Both the position numbers and the translations under genes were made by a program. Positions 49,921 to 62,421 of a DNA stretch of 64,000 nucleotides are shown piece after piece. Origin of the DNA: Azolla caroliniana. Taxonomy: Eukaryota > Plantae > Polypodiophyta. Under the pieces are notes generated by a model. That model was given only the letters and a program-made list of their open reading frames with translations. It was not told the DNA's origin and did no database searches. Numbering within the stretch: the first letter of the stretch is position 1; every line of letters begins with the position of its first letter. Location of the stretch: contig JBHGNT010000012.1 in NCBI GenBank assembly GCA_043228905.1, forward strand, positions 2,170,001-2,234,000. The letters run 5' to 3'.

Positions 49921-50765
49921 GCGCTATCGCACCATATGCACCGTCGATCCGTATATTTGGAGCTTGTGGGGCGGTCATCCGACTTCTTCACCATCGCGAT
50001 CTTTAGATTCTCCATCTCCTTCAGCAGCTGCTCCACCGTAGACGCGTCGACTCCCTTCTCGGCCGTAATCTCCCGAGCCCTCGGTTGATGGTCTTCCAGT
50101 CCCGTTCTCGGTTTCGGAATCGGTTCCGACACCCTCTTTTCTTCGTTGGCAAGCCATTGCCCCCTCTTCGTGTACCGCGCGACGATATCCCGCACGCTTT
50201 CCCATGTTTCGGTGAGGCCGCTTTCGGTGGTCGTGTCCTCAAGAAGCACTCCGAGATCTTTCCGGTCCCGGACGTCCACAGCTCGCAAAAACATGATGAC
50301 TTTGTCCGGCGCAAGAATAGTTTGATCTCTCGCGGACAACCTCCCGAACCGACTTTCGAATGTCGAAAACACTTCGAGGACCTTCAACCCCTTACCTGAC
50401 GTTTCCACCCAATCCTCGGATCCCCTCCGCGTTGCCTTGGAGGAGTCCTCGATGGCAAACGTGGTCTTTAACGCCTCTTCGAATGCTTCCCACGTCGGAT
50501 TTTGTTGTTGCAACCCGTGGATACTCCCTTGAAGCCCGTCGGTCGCCACCCGGTTAAAGGATGTCACTTGCAGTCCTTCCGAAGCCCGGCACCGGAGCAT
50601 CTCCGCCTTGTAGTCCTGCAAATATCGCGACACATCCTTACCATTAAATTGCCCGTTGCGTTGCACGAGCCGCTCTACTGATGCCGAAATCTCCGACATC
50701 GTGCGTTGTTCTTGAAGCATCCGTTCGAACATCGCCATCATATTGTTAGCTTGTTGAGCCTCCAT
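49921..50765 (-). pseudogene. gag: Gypsy gag N-terminal part, interrupted at the CxxC knuckle
   Basis: FNGKDVSRYL...RRCIWCDSA, then the LTR insertion. Confidence 0.85.
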
Positions 50766-50781
50766 CTCCTTGCCACCCGTC

Positions 50782-50799
50782 TTCACGTCGGGTTCACCA
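50782..50799 (-). promoter_or_regulatory. Primer-binding site complementary to tRNA-Trp
   Basis: Plus strand TTCACGTCGGGTTCACCA equals the 3' end of plant cytosolic tRNA-Trp(CCA) as I recall it; 4 nt from the 5' LTR. Confidence 0.85.
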
Positions 50800-50803
50800 A
50801 CTG

Positions 50804-51567
50804 TGTCGTGCCTTTCGGCTCCGGATCGTTGCGTGAGTCGGGTGGGAACCGCCGAGGTTTTGGACTAGGAGAAAGAAGTTCGTGAGATAGAGATTAATTA
50901 TGAGTAAATAGCAAAGAGAAAGATAAGAAACTCGTGAATCACACGAGTATACTATATTAATTGGTACTTAGGGTGTTAAGAGAGAAGTAGACGTATAAAT
51001 CGTGAATCCCACGAATAATTTTTGTATTGATTAATTCTTAATCCAAAAAAAATCAACAACAACTACAATGTGCTCCCCATCCTTATATAGTGATGGGAGA
51101 GACTAAGCATAGCTACATGCTTTTTCTCATATGTTCATGCACACTAAATGTGCATGTGATGCTTTTTTTTTTTTTATATATTAAAGAAATACACGATTTA
51201 CCTTTTAATAAAGGTATGCATAAATAAAGGTCTTATTATAAATATTAAATCTATATTTAAAACACTTAAGATAATTTAATGTAATGGTAAGGTTGGGGTT
51301 TGTCAACGTGGAGGTGCAAAGTTCGAATCACGCCCTGCACAGTAGTGAGTATTTCCTTTCCTTTTACATTTATGTCCCTTTATCCGGCTCTTCCTTGCCG
51401 GTATGCCGTTTTCTTCCTTGCCGGTATGCCGTTTTCCTCCTTGCCGGTATGCCGTTTTTCCTCCTTGCCGGTATGCCGTTTTCTTCCGGTTCTCACCGAG
51501 CACTCCATTCTCTATCCGGAGGGACAAAAATATAATTTCCACATAGTGTGCAACCTACACTATGACA
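50804..51567 (-). repeat. Gypsy 5' LTR
   Basis: Repeat of 43865-44624 with a few substitutions and indels. Confidence 0.95.
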
Positions 51568-51583
51568 CCGGTTTAGGCTAAAC

Positions 51584-51646
<63 letters not shown>

Positions 51647-54274
51647 CTTGTCTATTGTCTCCCTCCCTCCCTCTCTTTCTCTCTCTAAAATTTCTAAACA
51701 GCTTAGCCGGCTTGAGCCGGTTTGGCGAGGCTCAAGCCGAGTCGAGTCGAGCCACTAAGCCGCTAAGCCGCTAAGCCGTTTTCAAGCCGACTAAGCCAAA
51801 CGGTTTAGGCTTGAGCCGAGCCGTTGCCGATCCCTACTTGTACCTCCAATGTAGAAGAGAATTGATTTACCACTAAGGCTATAATCATACACGTAAAACT
51901 TTATGTATTTACTTTTCATATTCACATTACATACGAAATGACAATACAAAACTGTGTGCACAAAACCATGGTTTTAAGCCAATGGTTTCGTGCATGTCAC
52001 AAAGCAAAACTGTGTGACATTGTCTTCCTCGACTCTAACATCCACATCATTGTCTTTTAAGGTCATCAAACATCCTCCTTAGTTTGAGACCCAAGTGGTC
52101 CCGCTCAAGTAGCACACACACGCGAGCATTTTCGCGACGACGGTTTAGATGAGTCTGGTAAAAGAAGTGAAGGGACCTAATGTACATGTTCTTTGAGTAT
52201 TTGAAATGACTCATCTAGATGATCCTTCCGAGGGATTGGTTTTGTAGACTTGCCGCATTTGATGTTCTAAAAGGTTTTTAAATGGTGTCGCCAATTAGGA
52301 GTTATTACAAATAGCTTTTTACAAAACACCCACAAAACCTAAAAATGAACGTAACTCTCAAATGATTTGTGGAGTAGACCTTAGTTTGACTTTCTCTATT
52401 TGAGAAAGATCAATTTGTACATCCTATTTAGTGGCCAAATGTCCAAGATATATAATTGACTTTTAAAAAAATTCACATTTCTATATCATGGCGTGAATGT
52501 TTGAAGGACAAAATAGAGGTGTGTACTATGTTCGTCTAGTGACAACTATAAATAAGAACATCATCCAAGAAAAACAACAATGAACTATTTGAGTTAATAT
52601 CAAAACATATCATTCACTTCTTGTTGGAATGTAGTTGGAGCATTAATCAAACCAAAAGGTATAACTAGAAACTCATAATGGTCATAACGCGTACAAAATG
52701 TTGTTTGAATATCATTTTTGATAATTCGTATCTAATGATAACTAGTTCTCAAATCAATCTTTGAAAATGATTTAACTCCTAGACAATATACCAAATCATC
52801 TGCGCAAGGCAAGACTTTATTGAAACGGTGATGATTAATACATAGTCGCCACGATCCATTTTTTTTTCTTGACCAAAAAGATTGGTGCACCCGAAGGTGA
52901 TTTACTATAACGTATATAACCCATCCTTAAGTACTCCTTAAGTTGCGAAGCAATCTCATTTGCTTCATTTCGACTAAGTCAATACCGAGGAATACCTAGT
53001 ATGAGATCAATATGGTGGTCAATATTATGTTTAGCCTAGGGAAGATATCTTGAAACTCTTTTAAGAGTGAGTCAAGAACTTGTTGTTTATATTATGTTAA
53101 TTGATCCCCATCACTTAATATACTTTTTTTTTAAAAAACCTAAATATCCTTCCATTAGTTTTTAGAAAAGTCATAACAACTGCAACATACAAAATATTTT
53201 TTCCCCAACTCATCTTTATAAGACGATGGTTAAGGAAACAAATCTATGTACTCCAAAGTAGAGGAAAAACTAATTTGAAAATTATTCTATAGACACATTC
53301 CAAGCTATTCCATTGACAACAACAAAAGTAGTTGCATCCAGAGACAAGCCCTCACAGCTCAAAGATATGAACCATTTCAATGCTTCTTCAACCTGCTCTT
53401 GTTTAGCATAATTTGTAATCACAAGCTATTCCATAAACATAAACAAAAGTTGTGACATCCAGAGACAAGCCCTCGCAACTCCTAGATTGGAACCATTAGA
53501 ATGATTTTTCAGCATGCTATATCCACCAATGCAATTCCAATAAATCTTCCTTTACCCTAAAAACCGAATGCTACCACAAGCTTCCAAGGTAGAGAACAAT
53601 GTATTCCATGCCTCTACATCTCGGTTTTGAAGGCGATCAAATACATTCTATGCTTCTTCAAGACAACCACATTTCATATGCATGTTTGTAAACACAAAAA
53701 GAATGCTTCCTCTTTCCACATCAATCATCTTGTTGGTTACCACCAAATTCCTGCCTCTATACTCCCTCCATTCTCTTGAAACTACGTCGTATACATGAAG
53801 ACAATGAACCACTTGTATGCTCACACAACTTCGGAGAACCATAGCATGCAGACCATTCTTCAAATTACATCATTTTGCCACATCCGATCCTTGTTGTATG
53901 ATCACCAAGTAAACCACAAAAAATCTCTGTTGAACCATGATCCACCTAGCCACATATAGCATATGTCCAACAGAGCCTTTCCAAGCTCAATATTGTCTTT
54001 TAGCAGCCTGATACTCATGATTCCTTCGTCAAAGTTTTTGTACCTATTAACCACTCCTATAGTGCCACATGGTAGTAATATCCTAAAATTAGTGCATTTT
54101 TAGAAGCCATAGCCCGAACCGGAAGTCCCTCTTTCCTCATAGGTAAAACACAAGATGAGGGTCATCTGGCGGCCTTCTAGCGTCTTCCATTACTTTGTCT
54201 CCACACAAAGAAGTTGCATTGTGAAACACCATCCTTCTTCAACCTGCTCATAGTTAGCTACACTGAAAATTGCT

Positions 54275-54990
54275 CTAGTCATCCTCCCCAGAAAAAAGAG
54301 AAAACCACACCCCAAATTTGAAAAGTAAATGAAACATAATCTATCCTTCTTGTCACTCCCTAGAAGTGCTTCAACATCCTTTAACATCATCCATCTCTGC
54401 CCCATAATAAAAAGATTTTCTCATAAGGATGGCTTCCCCAAGCAAAGCCAAACCACTCTTGTAATTTCCACTTTCAATGTACACAAAGTAGCTACATCTT
54501 GAGACAGTCTTTTATTTCCACATTTAACCAACTTATAAATAGCAATACATAAGGCTTGGTACCAAATGTATACATCCTAATACAATACCTTTTGACAATT
54601 TGTCTCCACTAATCCTCCCCAGAAAACTAAAAAAACCACTCCCCAACTTTGAAAAGTCATTGAAACATAATCTAGCCTCCTTGTCACTCCCTAGAACTGC
54701 TTCAACATCTTTTAACATCATCCATCTTTGTCACAAACACAAAGCAAAAAGATTTTCCCCACAAGGATGGCTTCCCCAAGCAAAGCCAAACCACTCTTCT
54801 AATTCCACTTTCAACGTACACAAAATTGATGCATCTTAATGCAATCTTCTATCTTCCACATTCAACTTGCTCATAGTCAGCAATACATAACCTGCTATCA
54901 AATTTCTACATCTTAGTATAATACCTTTTGACAGTTTGTCTCCTCTCATCCTCCCTAGAAAAATGAGAAAACCATTCCCCAAAAAATAAG
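54275..54990. repeat. Diverged ~335-bp tandem repeat (two copies plus the start of a third)
   Basis: ATCCTCCC.AGAAAA...AAACCA..CCCCAA at ~54281, ~54612 and ~54948; ORFs 54190-54405 and 54533-54721 are paralogous. Confidence 0.8.
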
Positions 54991-54994
54991 AAAG

Positions 54995-56030
54995 GACTAG
55001 GCGGAGGAAACAACCATCGTGGTGGCACATAATTCCAACAGTTATCATGTGTCCCATCCAACCATAGAGGTATTGGCCACCATGTATGACAAATTTTCCT
55101 TCTTTTCTTATACACCTTTTCTGCTGGCCCTTTAATATTATCGTACTCTCCCTTAATTGTATGTACTAAGTTGTCCCAGAACATCTTTATCATATCCACC
55201 ACATTATACTCGATACCTTCATATTTCTTGTTGCACCTACATGTCCACCACACCCATAAAGCATTAATCGAGACAATATTCCAAACAAAAACCTTTTTAA
55301 AATATTTACCACCCGGACTATTCGGGAGAACTGCTTCAATTCTATTCTCCGACACACGCAATGCTTCCACACAATGCTCCCCCTCATACATGGATACTTG
55401 GACATCCAAAGACCCCCAAAGAACAGCTCCCCATGTAAAAATCACTCCTCTATATTTACAAGAAAACATCCTAAGTATTCTTCCCCAATATTGTTGAACT
55501 GCAATACAAGTCCAAAACAAATGTTTCAAAGTCTCCTCCTGTACTTAGCAACACACACAATGACAATCATGAACCTGTCCTTTTAGATGACAACCTACAG
55601 GTAAAGCATAATGAAGTAATAACCACTTAAAAGAAATGGCTCTCCGTAGACATGGTAAAGTTCATAAACTTTTCCAATAAGCTACCAAATATTGAGGCGA
55701 TATTGCACCTGACTCCCAATACTTTTGTGTAGCAGGACTTATGGAATGATGTTGCAACAAGAAGCGTCTCCCATAGGCCACAGAGTACTGAAAAAAGGGA
55801 GAGTTCTACTTTCTTGTTCATTTGCCGAAGATCTTCCAACCAACCGCCATGCATAGTCAGCCGGGTCCCAATTAAGGTGTTCCACCGGCTTACTTTGAAA
55901 TGCCCACAGTTGTCGTGCATGGTCTGCCACAAAAGGGTTAGGATCTAGGAAAATCTTCTTCTCTAACATAGCAATGACCCTAATGGGTTTTTGGGAGGCT
56001 AGTTGCATAACTTCAACTTCTTCTTCCACT
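54995..56030 (-). mobile_element. LINE ORF2 3' fragment, same broad family as the LINE at 19658
   Basis: LNWDPADYAW, HLFWTC, IKGEYDNIKG and WNYVPPRWLFPP parallel VEWDPAEYRW, HCLW*C, LRGEFESLQG and WNYQPPWWLFPP. Confidence 0.88.
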
Positions 56031-56220
56031 AAATAAAAGTCACTTAATATACTTAGTACTATATATTTGAAGATCAAAGTCAAGGACACGACAATACATT
56101 GCAGAACAAGAAGAATCGAAAAAAGATGTGCTCAAAAGAGTAGAGACAAACAAAGGTTTGCCACATTGAATAAAGTGTTGAGAATTATTTAATGAAAACA
56201 ATATTGAATGTTTGACCCAA

Positions 56221-56560
56221 TCATTGGATAAAGAGGAAGTCTTTAAAAAAAAACCATGGATAACCAAGTATTACATCAATGGATCGAAGACTCATAATAT
56301 AGAAGTCTAGTTTTTCTACATAGGTATTGATATGGATTGGAAATTGATGAATCGTTCCATTGATGTATTGAATTCCTCCATCTGCTAGATGGACTTGATA
56401 AGTGTGATCGCGTAGACTTGGCTGAAGTTCCAACAATTGAACCAAAGGATCATTGATGAAATCATGTGAGCTTCCAAAATCAAATAAAAAATATATCGAA
56501 GACCCTTTGATAAGTATGTTGGCACCAAGCAAATATTTAGGTCCTAACCACATGTAGGTA
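56221..56560 (-). mobile_element. Decayed Ty3/gypsy protease remnant
   Basis: FLFDFGSSHDFI, VHLADG, DVILGYPW. Confidence 0.75.
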
Positions 56561-57537
56561 TTGGTCACTGGAGTTGCGAGTTAAGAATCCATAATCGAGT
56601 TTCTTTCATTTCCCACTAAATTGTGATGGATTAGGTGTAGAACCCAAGGGTTTATTATGGTCTTTATTATGATATACGACCATAATGAATTAAATTTCTA
56701 TTGCTTCCTCAAGTTCACTAGGATCCTTATCATGAACTATCTAAGGATAATCAGAGTTAGGAATGCCATGTAGTAAGCAAGCAATAAATTGTTTGTCACC
56801 TCAGGACCTCATTTTTGGAACTAAGTCCTAGCATAAGAGAAGATTTTTTTTGGCCAAAAATGTTAAGTATGTTGTGTGATGCTTCAGTCTCATAGGGAGA
56901 TTGAAGAAACAGTTTCTTAAATGTATTGGCAAAGTGATCCCATGCACTAAGAAACTTTTTGGCATTACAAAGCCCTTATTGGCAATCAAAGATTTTACCC
57001 CCAAGCTCACAATTGACATAGGCAATCTTGGTATCATCTAACTTAAGATAAAGTTCGAAATGTGACTCCCAACGACCAAGGCAAGTTATTTATAGCTTCT
57101 TATCACCTATGTAAGGTTTCACAACCAAGGATGGTTCACCTTGCTTGTCGTCTTTCAATGAAGAATTCAACTGCATATCCAACACCCAAGACTCAAGAGC
57201 TCTGTAAGATTTCTGAAGCTTAGGAAACTAAGTCAAGGTGGAATTCCGGTAGATGTGGCCGTTGGTGCCATGGGAGTAGTATCACATTCCATGTTTCTGT
57301 CATTGATTTGTGCCATTGAGATGTCTAAAGCAAACAATTAATAATGTTTAGGAAGTGTTGGACAAGCTTTGGCAACATCATTCGATAAAAAATCTCATGT
57401 TCGTACCCCTTTAGACATGTGAGAAATGTTTCAAGAATAAGGACATTGTGGTAACACTAAGGTGTTTTAACAACCATGGAGGAGACATAAAAAAAAAATG
57501 TTTATCAAATGACCATGGCAGCTCCTCGAGGCTCGAC

Positions 57538-57628
57538 ATACATAAAAATTGATAAACCATGACCGTACACACTCATCTTACGAATTTGTAAATGTGCGTA
57601 AGGTCATGGTTTGTCAATTTTTATGTAT
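57538..57628. repeat. ~91-bp inverted repeat (hairpin)
   Basis: ATACATAAAAATTGATAAACCATGACCGTACACA vs TGTGCGTAAGGTCATGGTTTGTCAATTTTTATGTAT, three mismatches. Confidence 0.85.
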
Positions 57629-58581
57629 TGTGGTCAAGAAAAGTTTTATATCCGACCGTATAAATAAATACTCTCAAATATGAGAATATTAACGATTTGT
57701 CATTGAGTGTGCATCCATATATTTTACTTATTTATTTATTTATTTATGTTAAAAATATAGATTTATAACAATACATTGATATGTATGTTAATACGTATAC
57801 ATTGTGTAGGTCAGGAAAACACAAGAAAATAAATAAATAAGTTAATAACCATAGATAATAAGGAAAAAAACACAATCAAAATAACCATTGGAAAAAATAA
57901 AAGCATCCTAGATCGAAGAAAAAATCACCCTACATCAAGGACCCAAAATACACAAAACACCCACCATAACTATATATGGAGTTATGATGGTGTGGATGAG
58001 GTGGTGTGTTTTATTAATAATAAAAAATATCGAATTTATTCTTTTTGTTTTTTTATTTATTTCCCCGAACAACACCAAGAAGTGAGACGGTTGCAATGAC
58101 CTATTGATGTGCACAATAGGTCGCAACTCATGAAGACTTGGTGTAGGAGGCCATGGCCCAAAAAAAAGTTTAAAAAATAGACAAATATAGATAAACATTT
58201 AACTAATTAACTATGAATAAATCACAAAAATTATTATGAAAAATAAATAAAATAAATGCGGATTTATTTATTTTTAAATATAAATAAATAAAACCTCATG
58301 TTGTCGACTAAACGACGAAACCCTAATCGGGCATAAAACATGAGATTGAACTACCACATATAATCCCATATTTCAACAAACCCCTCACTTATAGAAGAGA
58401 AACAAAGTATTTTACATAATTATAAAAAAAAAGGAGAAACGTTTGGAGAATACTGAAGTTCTCGAGTTGCTTATTCCTGGATCGAGAAAATGCACTCCAT
58501 TAATTGCTTCAGGATTTATAAGAGAAAGATAAAAAGAAACAAGCCAACACAAGAAAACATTAACCGCACTTTGATACTAAT

Positions 58582-58990
58582 TGTTAGAATCTTAATTGGT
58601 GTTAAGAAAAGTTAAAGAGGGAAAATGAGGAAGAAAGGGCACCAATCCACTTGACCACCTAACAAAGGTGGACAGATCCAAGTTCCCATAAGTGTTCCAT
58701 ACCACCATGTACAAACATGGATCGTACTGTGGTTTGAAGAAGGAGGAGGTAGCTAGCCTTCATGAAGGTAGCTATATAGAAGAGATGCCCCTTCATGAAG
58801 GTAGCTAGCCTTCTTCTATAGGCTCAAATCCTAGGCCCCTTGTTTGTGTTTCTCACTTGGTTGTTTTTTAATAAAAAATAGCCAAGTGATGAAACACTCT
58901 AAAGTTATCTCTCATTGTAGGATTGAGATAAGTCAATCCTCACCCCTTCATACACAACTACGGTTACGATTATGATCATAATACTCACCT
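58582..58990 (-). repeat. Decayed LTR-like dispersed repeat, copy 2, with an adjacent degenerate Met-PBS
   Basis: Homologous to 42565-43160; preceded by CACTTTGATACTAA (degenerate GCTCTGATACCA) and begins TGTTAGA. Confidence 0.7.
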
Positions 58991-59199
58991 TCATGAGAGT
59001 TTAAGTTTTCTTATTCTTCTTATTACTTTCCTACTTAAGAGTTTAGGGTTTGGTTTGAGAGTATTTTAGGGGACTATTCTTCTTCACCACTATGCGCCAT
59101 TAGGTGTTGGCAGCTTCGAAGGGTTTGGTGTATTCGCCCACTAGTTGTTGACGGGAGCACGAAGTGGCCCGAGAATACTACACCAATATCAAGGCACCA

Positions 59200-59816
59200 A
59201 CCTTTGCTCTGATACCACTTGTTCCGAAACTTAGTAGCACTTAAACACTTATGTAAAACAAAAAATATGTTGTGCAAGATTTAAAAGGGAAACAAGAAAG
59301 ATACACAACAAATCAATAAACAATACACCACAAACTGAAAGAGTTAAAAACCACGGAACCTAGTCCAGAACTAATTCACTATCAATATAAAACTGATACA
59401 CCAAAGTTCTACTCTAAACAAGTTAGAGTACTATAAGCAATTGAGGAATATGATGTTTCCTCAAAAATAAAAAACTCAACAAAAAGAACACAAAAACCAC
59501 CAAAACTCACAGCACGTGGCTGATGACGGAGGCAGCGATGTCCGGATGTCTGAGTGTGTTGATGTACTTCCAAAAGATTGAAGGAATTAGTTGAGAAAGA
59601 GAGTATGTGCTCTCTGAAATCTGTTTTTCTCTGTCGCAGCAGAGAAATGCTCGTTTTTCCCCTTTTTAACACACTCAAAAAAGAATGTGTTACATAATGT
59701 AGATATGTAACGTCTTCTTGTGTGAACCCCTTTCACACTATTTTAAAAAAATACAAGTTGTGGGCGTCCAAGGCCCATTTTATTTACTTATTAATGTGGA
59801 CAGAAAAAACCTAACA
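59200..59816 (-). mobile_element. Single LTR (59220-59816) plus tRNA-iMet PBS, flanked by a 126-bp direct duplication
   Basis: Minus strand TGTTAGG...GGAACA-AG-TGGTATCAGAGC-AAAGGT; flanks 59074-59199 and 59817-59942 differ at three positions. Confidence 0.85.
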
Positions 59817-62421
59817 CTATTCTTCTTCACCACTATGCGCCATTAGGTGTTGGCAACTTCGAAGGGTTTGGTGTATTCGTCCACTAGTTGTTGACGGGAG
59901 CACGAAGTGGCCCGAGAACACTACACCAATATCAAGGCACCATTTCCGCCAAAAGTAGTCACTGTCTCGGTGGTTCAGTTGACCCACCTTCACCAAAAGC
60001 TCAGCTGCTCCCCATCCTTTGTTCCTATTTGAGTGTAATGGTCATCTTGGAACTACCATCGGTGTACTTATTCATGTTAAATATGTTGTTATCCCTACTT
60101 TATAAAGGGGTTTCTTGTACTACAAAATGTCATCTACATCTTAATATGATGACATTTTAGTCTTAATCTCATGTACTTTACATTAATCTCATGTATTAAG
60201 CCTAATCTTGTGTGTTAATCTCTTCCAAACCTTCATGGAAGAAAGAGGGAGATGAAAAGAGAGAAGGGAAGGTCGTGGAGGCCAAGGGTTTGCCTCCTTT
60301 AAGTGTTTCCCTCTTAGGAATGTTTGCCTCCTTGGAACATTCGTTGTCCAAGATTGGGGTAAGATGGGAAGAGTATGTTGATGATATGATAGGAAGGAGA
60401 TAGGAATCTTATCGACTATGATAGAACCCATGAAGGAAGGTCGACCCACCACCATCAAAGGAAGAGAGTTAAACTGAAAGAGTATGATAGTACTCAATAT
60501 GGAATCCTTCATAAGGAAGGTATATGAAAGCTTAAACGGATAATACGAAGCTAAAGTAAAGGCTACATTGGAGTGGAAATCAATTCTCGATCAATTATTC
60601 CAACAAAGGATGCGACCAATACAAAGGCTCGACTATGGTACAACAGTGGTACCACGGAAGAATATGTTAATCATGCCACCTTATCATGCGACTCTCTATG
60701 TATAAGAGGTGCAAAGTTTAAATCTTTGCTAGGGTTTAGTGGTTAGGGCCATTGACTCTCTATGTGTAAGAGGTGCAGAGTTTAAATCTTTGTTAGCATG
60801 TATTAAGGAATTATGCCCTTTTTGTATTCTTGAGGCAAAAATAAGGGAAGAAATGCATTTAATGCCAAAAAGAGGTGCCTCTTTCTCTATAAAAAAGGAA
60901 AAGACAATTTATTTCAAGTTTCTTATTTTGAGTTTTGGAGTACGCCGTTAAGGTTTTGTGAGGTTTTTATTCTTCATGTTTTCTTCTCGACATACATTGA
61001 GAGCTAAAGTTTATTTCTCCTCATCTTCATGAGAGTTTAGGTTTCCTTCTTGTTCTTCTTCTTATTACTTTCCTAGAACCATAGATTGACACATGCATGA
61101 TATTCTCCATGCGCAATATTCTCAATATTCGAGAATACAAAATGGCCCCAAGAATATTAAAAAACCATTCGTTTTGTAAAATAAATATAAAAAATTATTT
61201 ATTTATTTAAATAAATGTATTTCACCAAAAAAACAATTATTCATTAATAGATTATAGTGTCAAGAGAGTTTATGAAACTTATTTTAATTAATTAATTTTT
61301 TTAAAACGAATATTTTTATATTTATTATACAAATATGATTAGTATGAACTTTGAAGATATGATTGGTTTGAAGTACCATTTTTAATGTCAAGATAAAAAT
61401 ATCCATAAATTTTGAGGAAATAAAAAGTGAGAAATTAATGAGCCTTTATTTTATTTTATTTATTTATTAAAAATAAAACGACTATACATTTATTATAAAA
61501 ATTTAGTAGTGTCAAGTCCCCAAAGTCCCTCTTTTATTATCCCTATTTATTGTTAAGTTCCTTTTCTTTTATCTTAGGAAATTTTTAAAACAAATACTTG
61601 ACTACCCATTCGTATTCGTATTCGTTTGCATTCGAATGGGAAACCCCACGAATGCGAATATGTCAATCTATGCCTAGAACAAAGTGGCCCGAGAACACTA
61701 CTCTCACATCTAGGTGTCATTGTCGTTGGTGGGAGCCGTAGTCTCAGCAATTCACTTGACTCACCTTCACCGGAAGCTCGATTGCACCCCATCCTTTGAT
61801 CTAATTCAACTCTTGTTGGAACTCATAACAACAAGGGCCCCAATTGAGCTTGGCAAATATATAGTGAATGAGGTGAAGTCACCCATGGATAAAGGCAAAT
61901 TGTCAAATGTGAGGTCTCTACCAAATACAAGGCTCCGACAAGAAGAATTATCAAAACTAGGTACTTGGTAAAGATTGCAACATCATGTGTTCAAGACTAT
62001 GGGTTGATATGCCATTCATAGGGGAGTTTGTGAGGCAACTAGAGGAGCTTGTTGGCCTTCATGATTATCATGAATCGGAATCCTCAACAACGGATCCTCA
62101 AAAGAATTCATGGAAGCATCCCTATGGATTTGATAGTGCCTCGAGAGAATCCTCCAATTGTTCTTCCTCTAATATTGCTTGTAATGTTCAACAATCATTT
62201 GAATCACTTTGAGAGGGTAATAACATCATTTGTCATATAAACCAAATGAATAACTTTTATTGTGTCACTTATGCAACATTCCAATCTATAGGTCATAAAT
62301 ATATTTGGAGGCTCATTATTATTATTAGGGTAGTGGGAAATGATTTTCTTATTTCCTAAAGTCGTATTCAAATTTGTTATCCAACCAAAAAGGGCTACCA
62401 TCTTGGTGTCGGGGGCTAAAG

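Larger units (their letters stand above)
43865..51567 (-). mobile_element. Ty3/gypsy non-chromovirus LTR retrotransposon (Phygy-like by inference), tRNA-Trp primed
   Basis: Near-identical ~760-bp LTRs, PPT GGAGGGGGCGAG, 18-nt PBS, gag, PR and pol; probable 4-bp TSD CTGG/CCGG. Confidence 0.95.
43748..51836. mobile_element. Non-autonomous hAT element (~390 bp) split by a gypsy insertion
   Basis: TIRs TAGGGATCGACAATGG / CCGTTGCCGATCCCTA; 8-bp TSD CTTGTACC (43740-43747, 51837-51844); subterminal AGCCG/AACCG repeats. Confidence 0.92.

Noticed and set aside
49223-49925. Clean solo LTR with TSD GCGGT/GCGCT starting at TGTCG 49228
   Set aside because: 49228-49246 reads as continuous gag frame (SDYATTAG) and LTR homology starts only at 49247, so a deletion junction explains it better.
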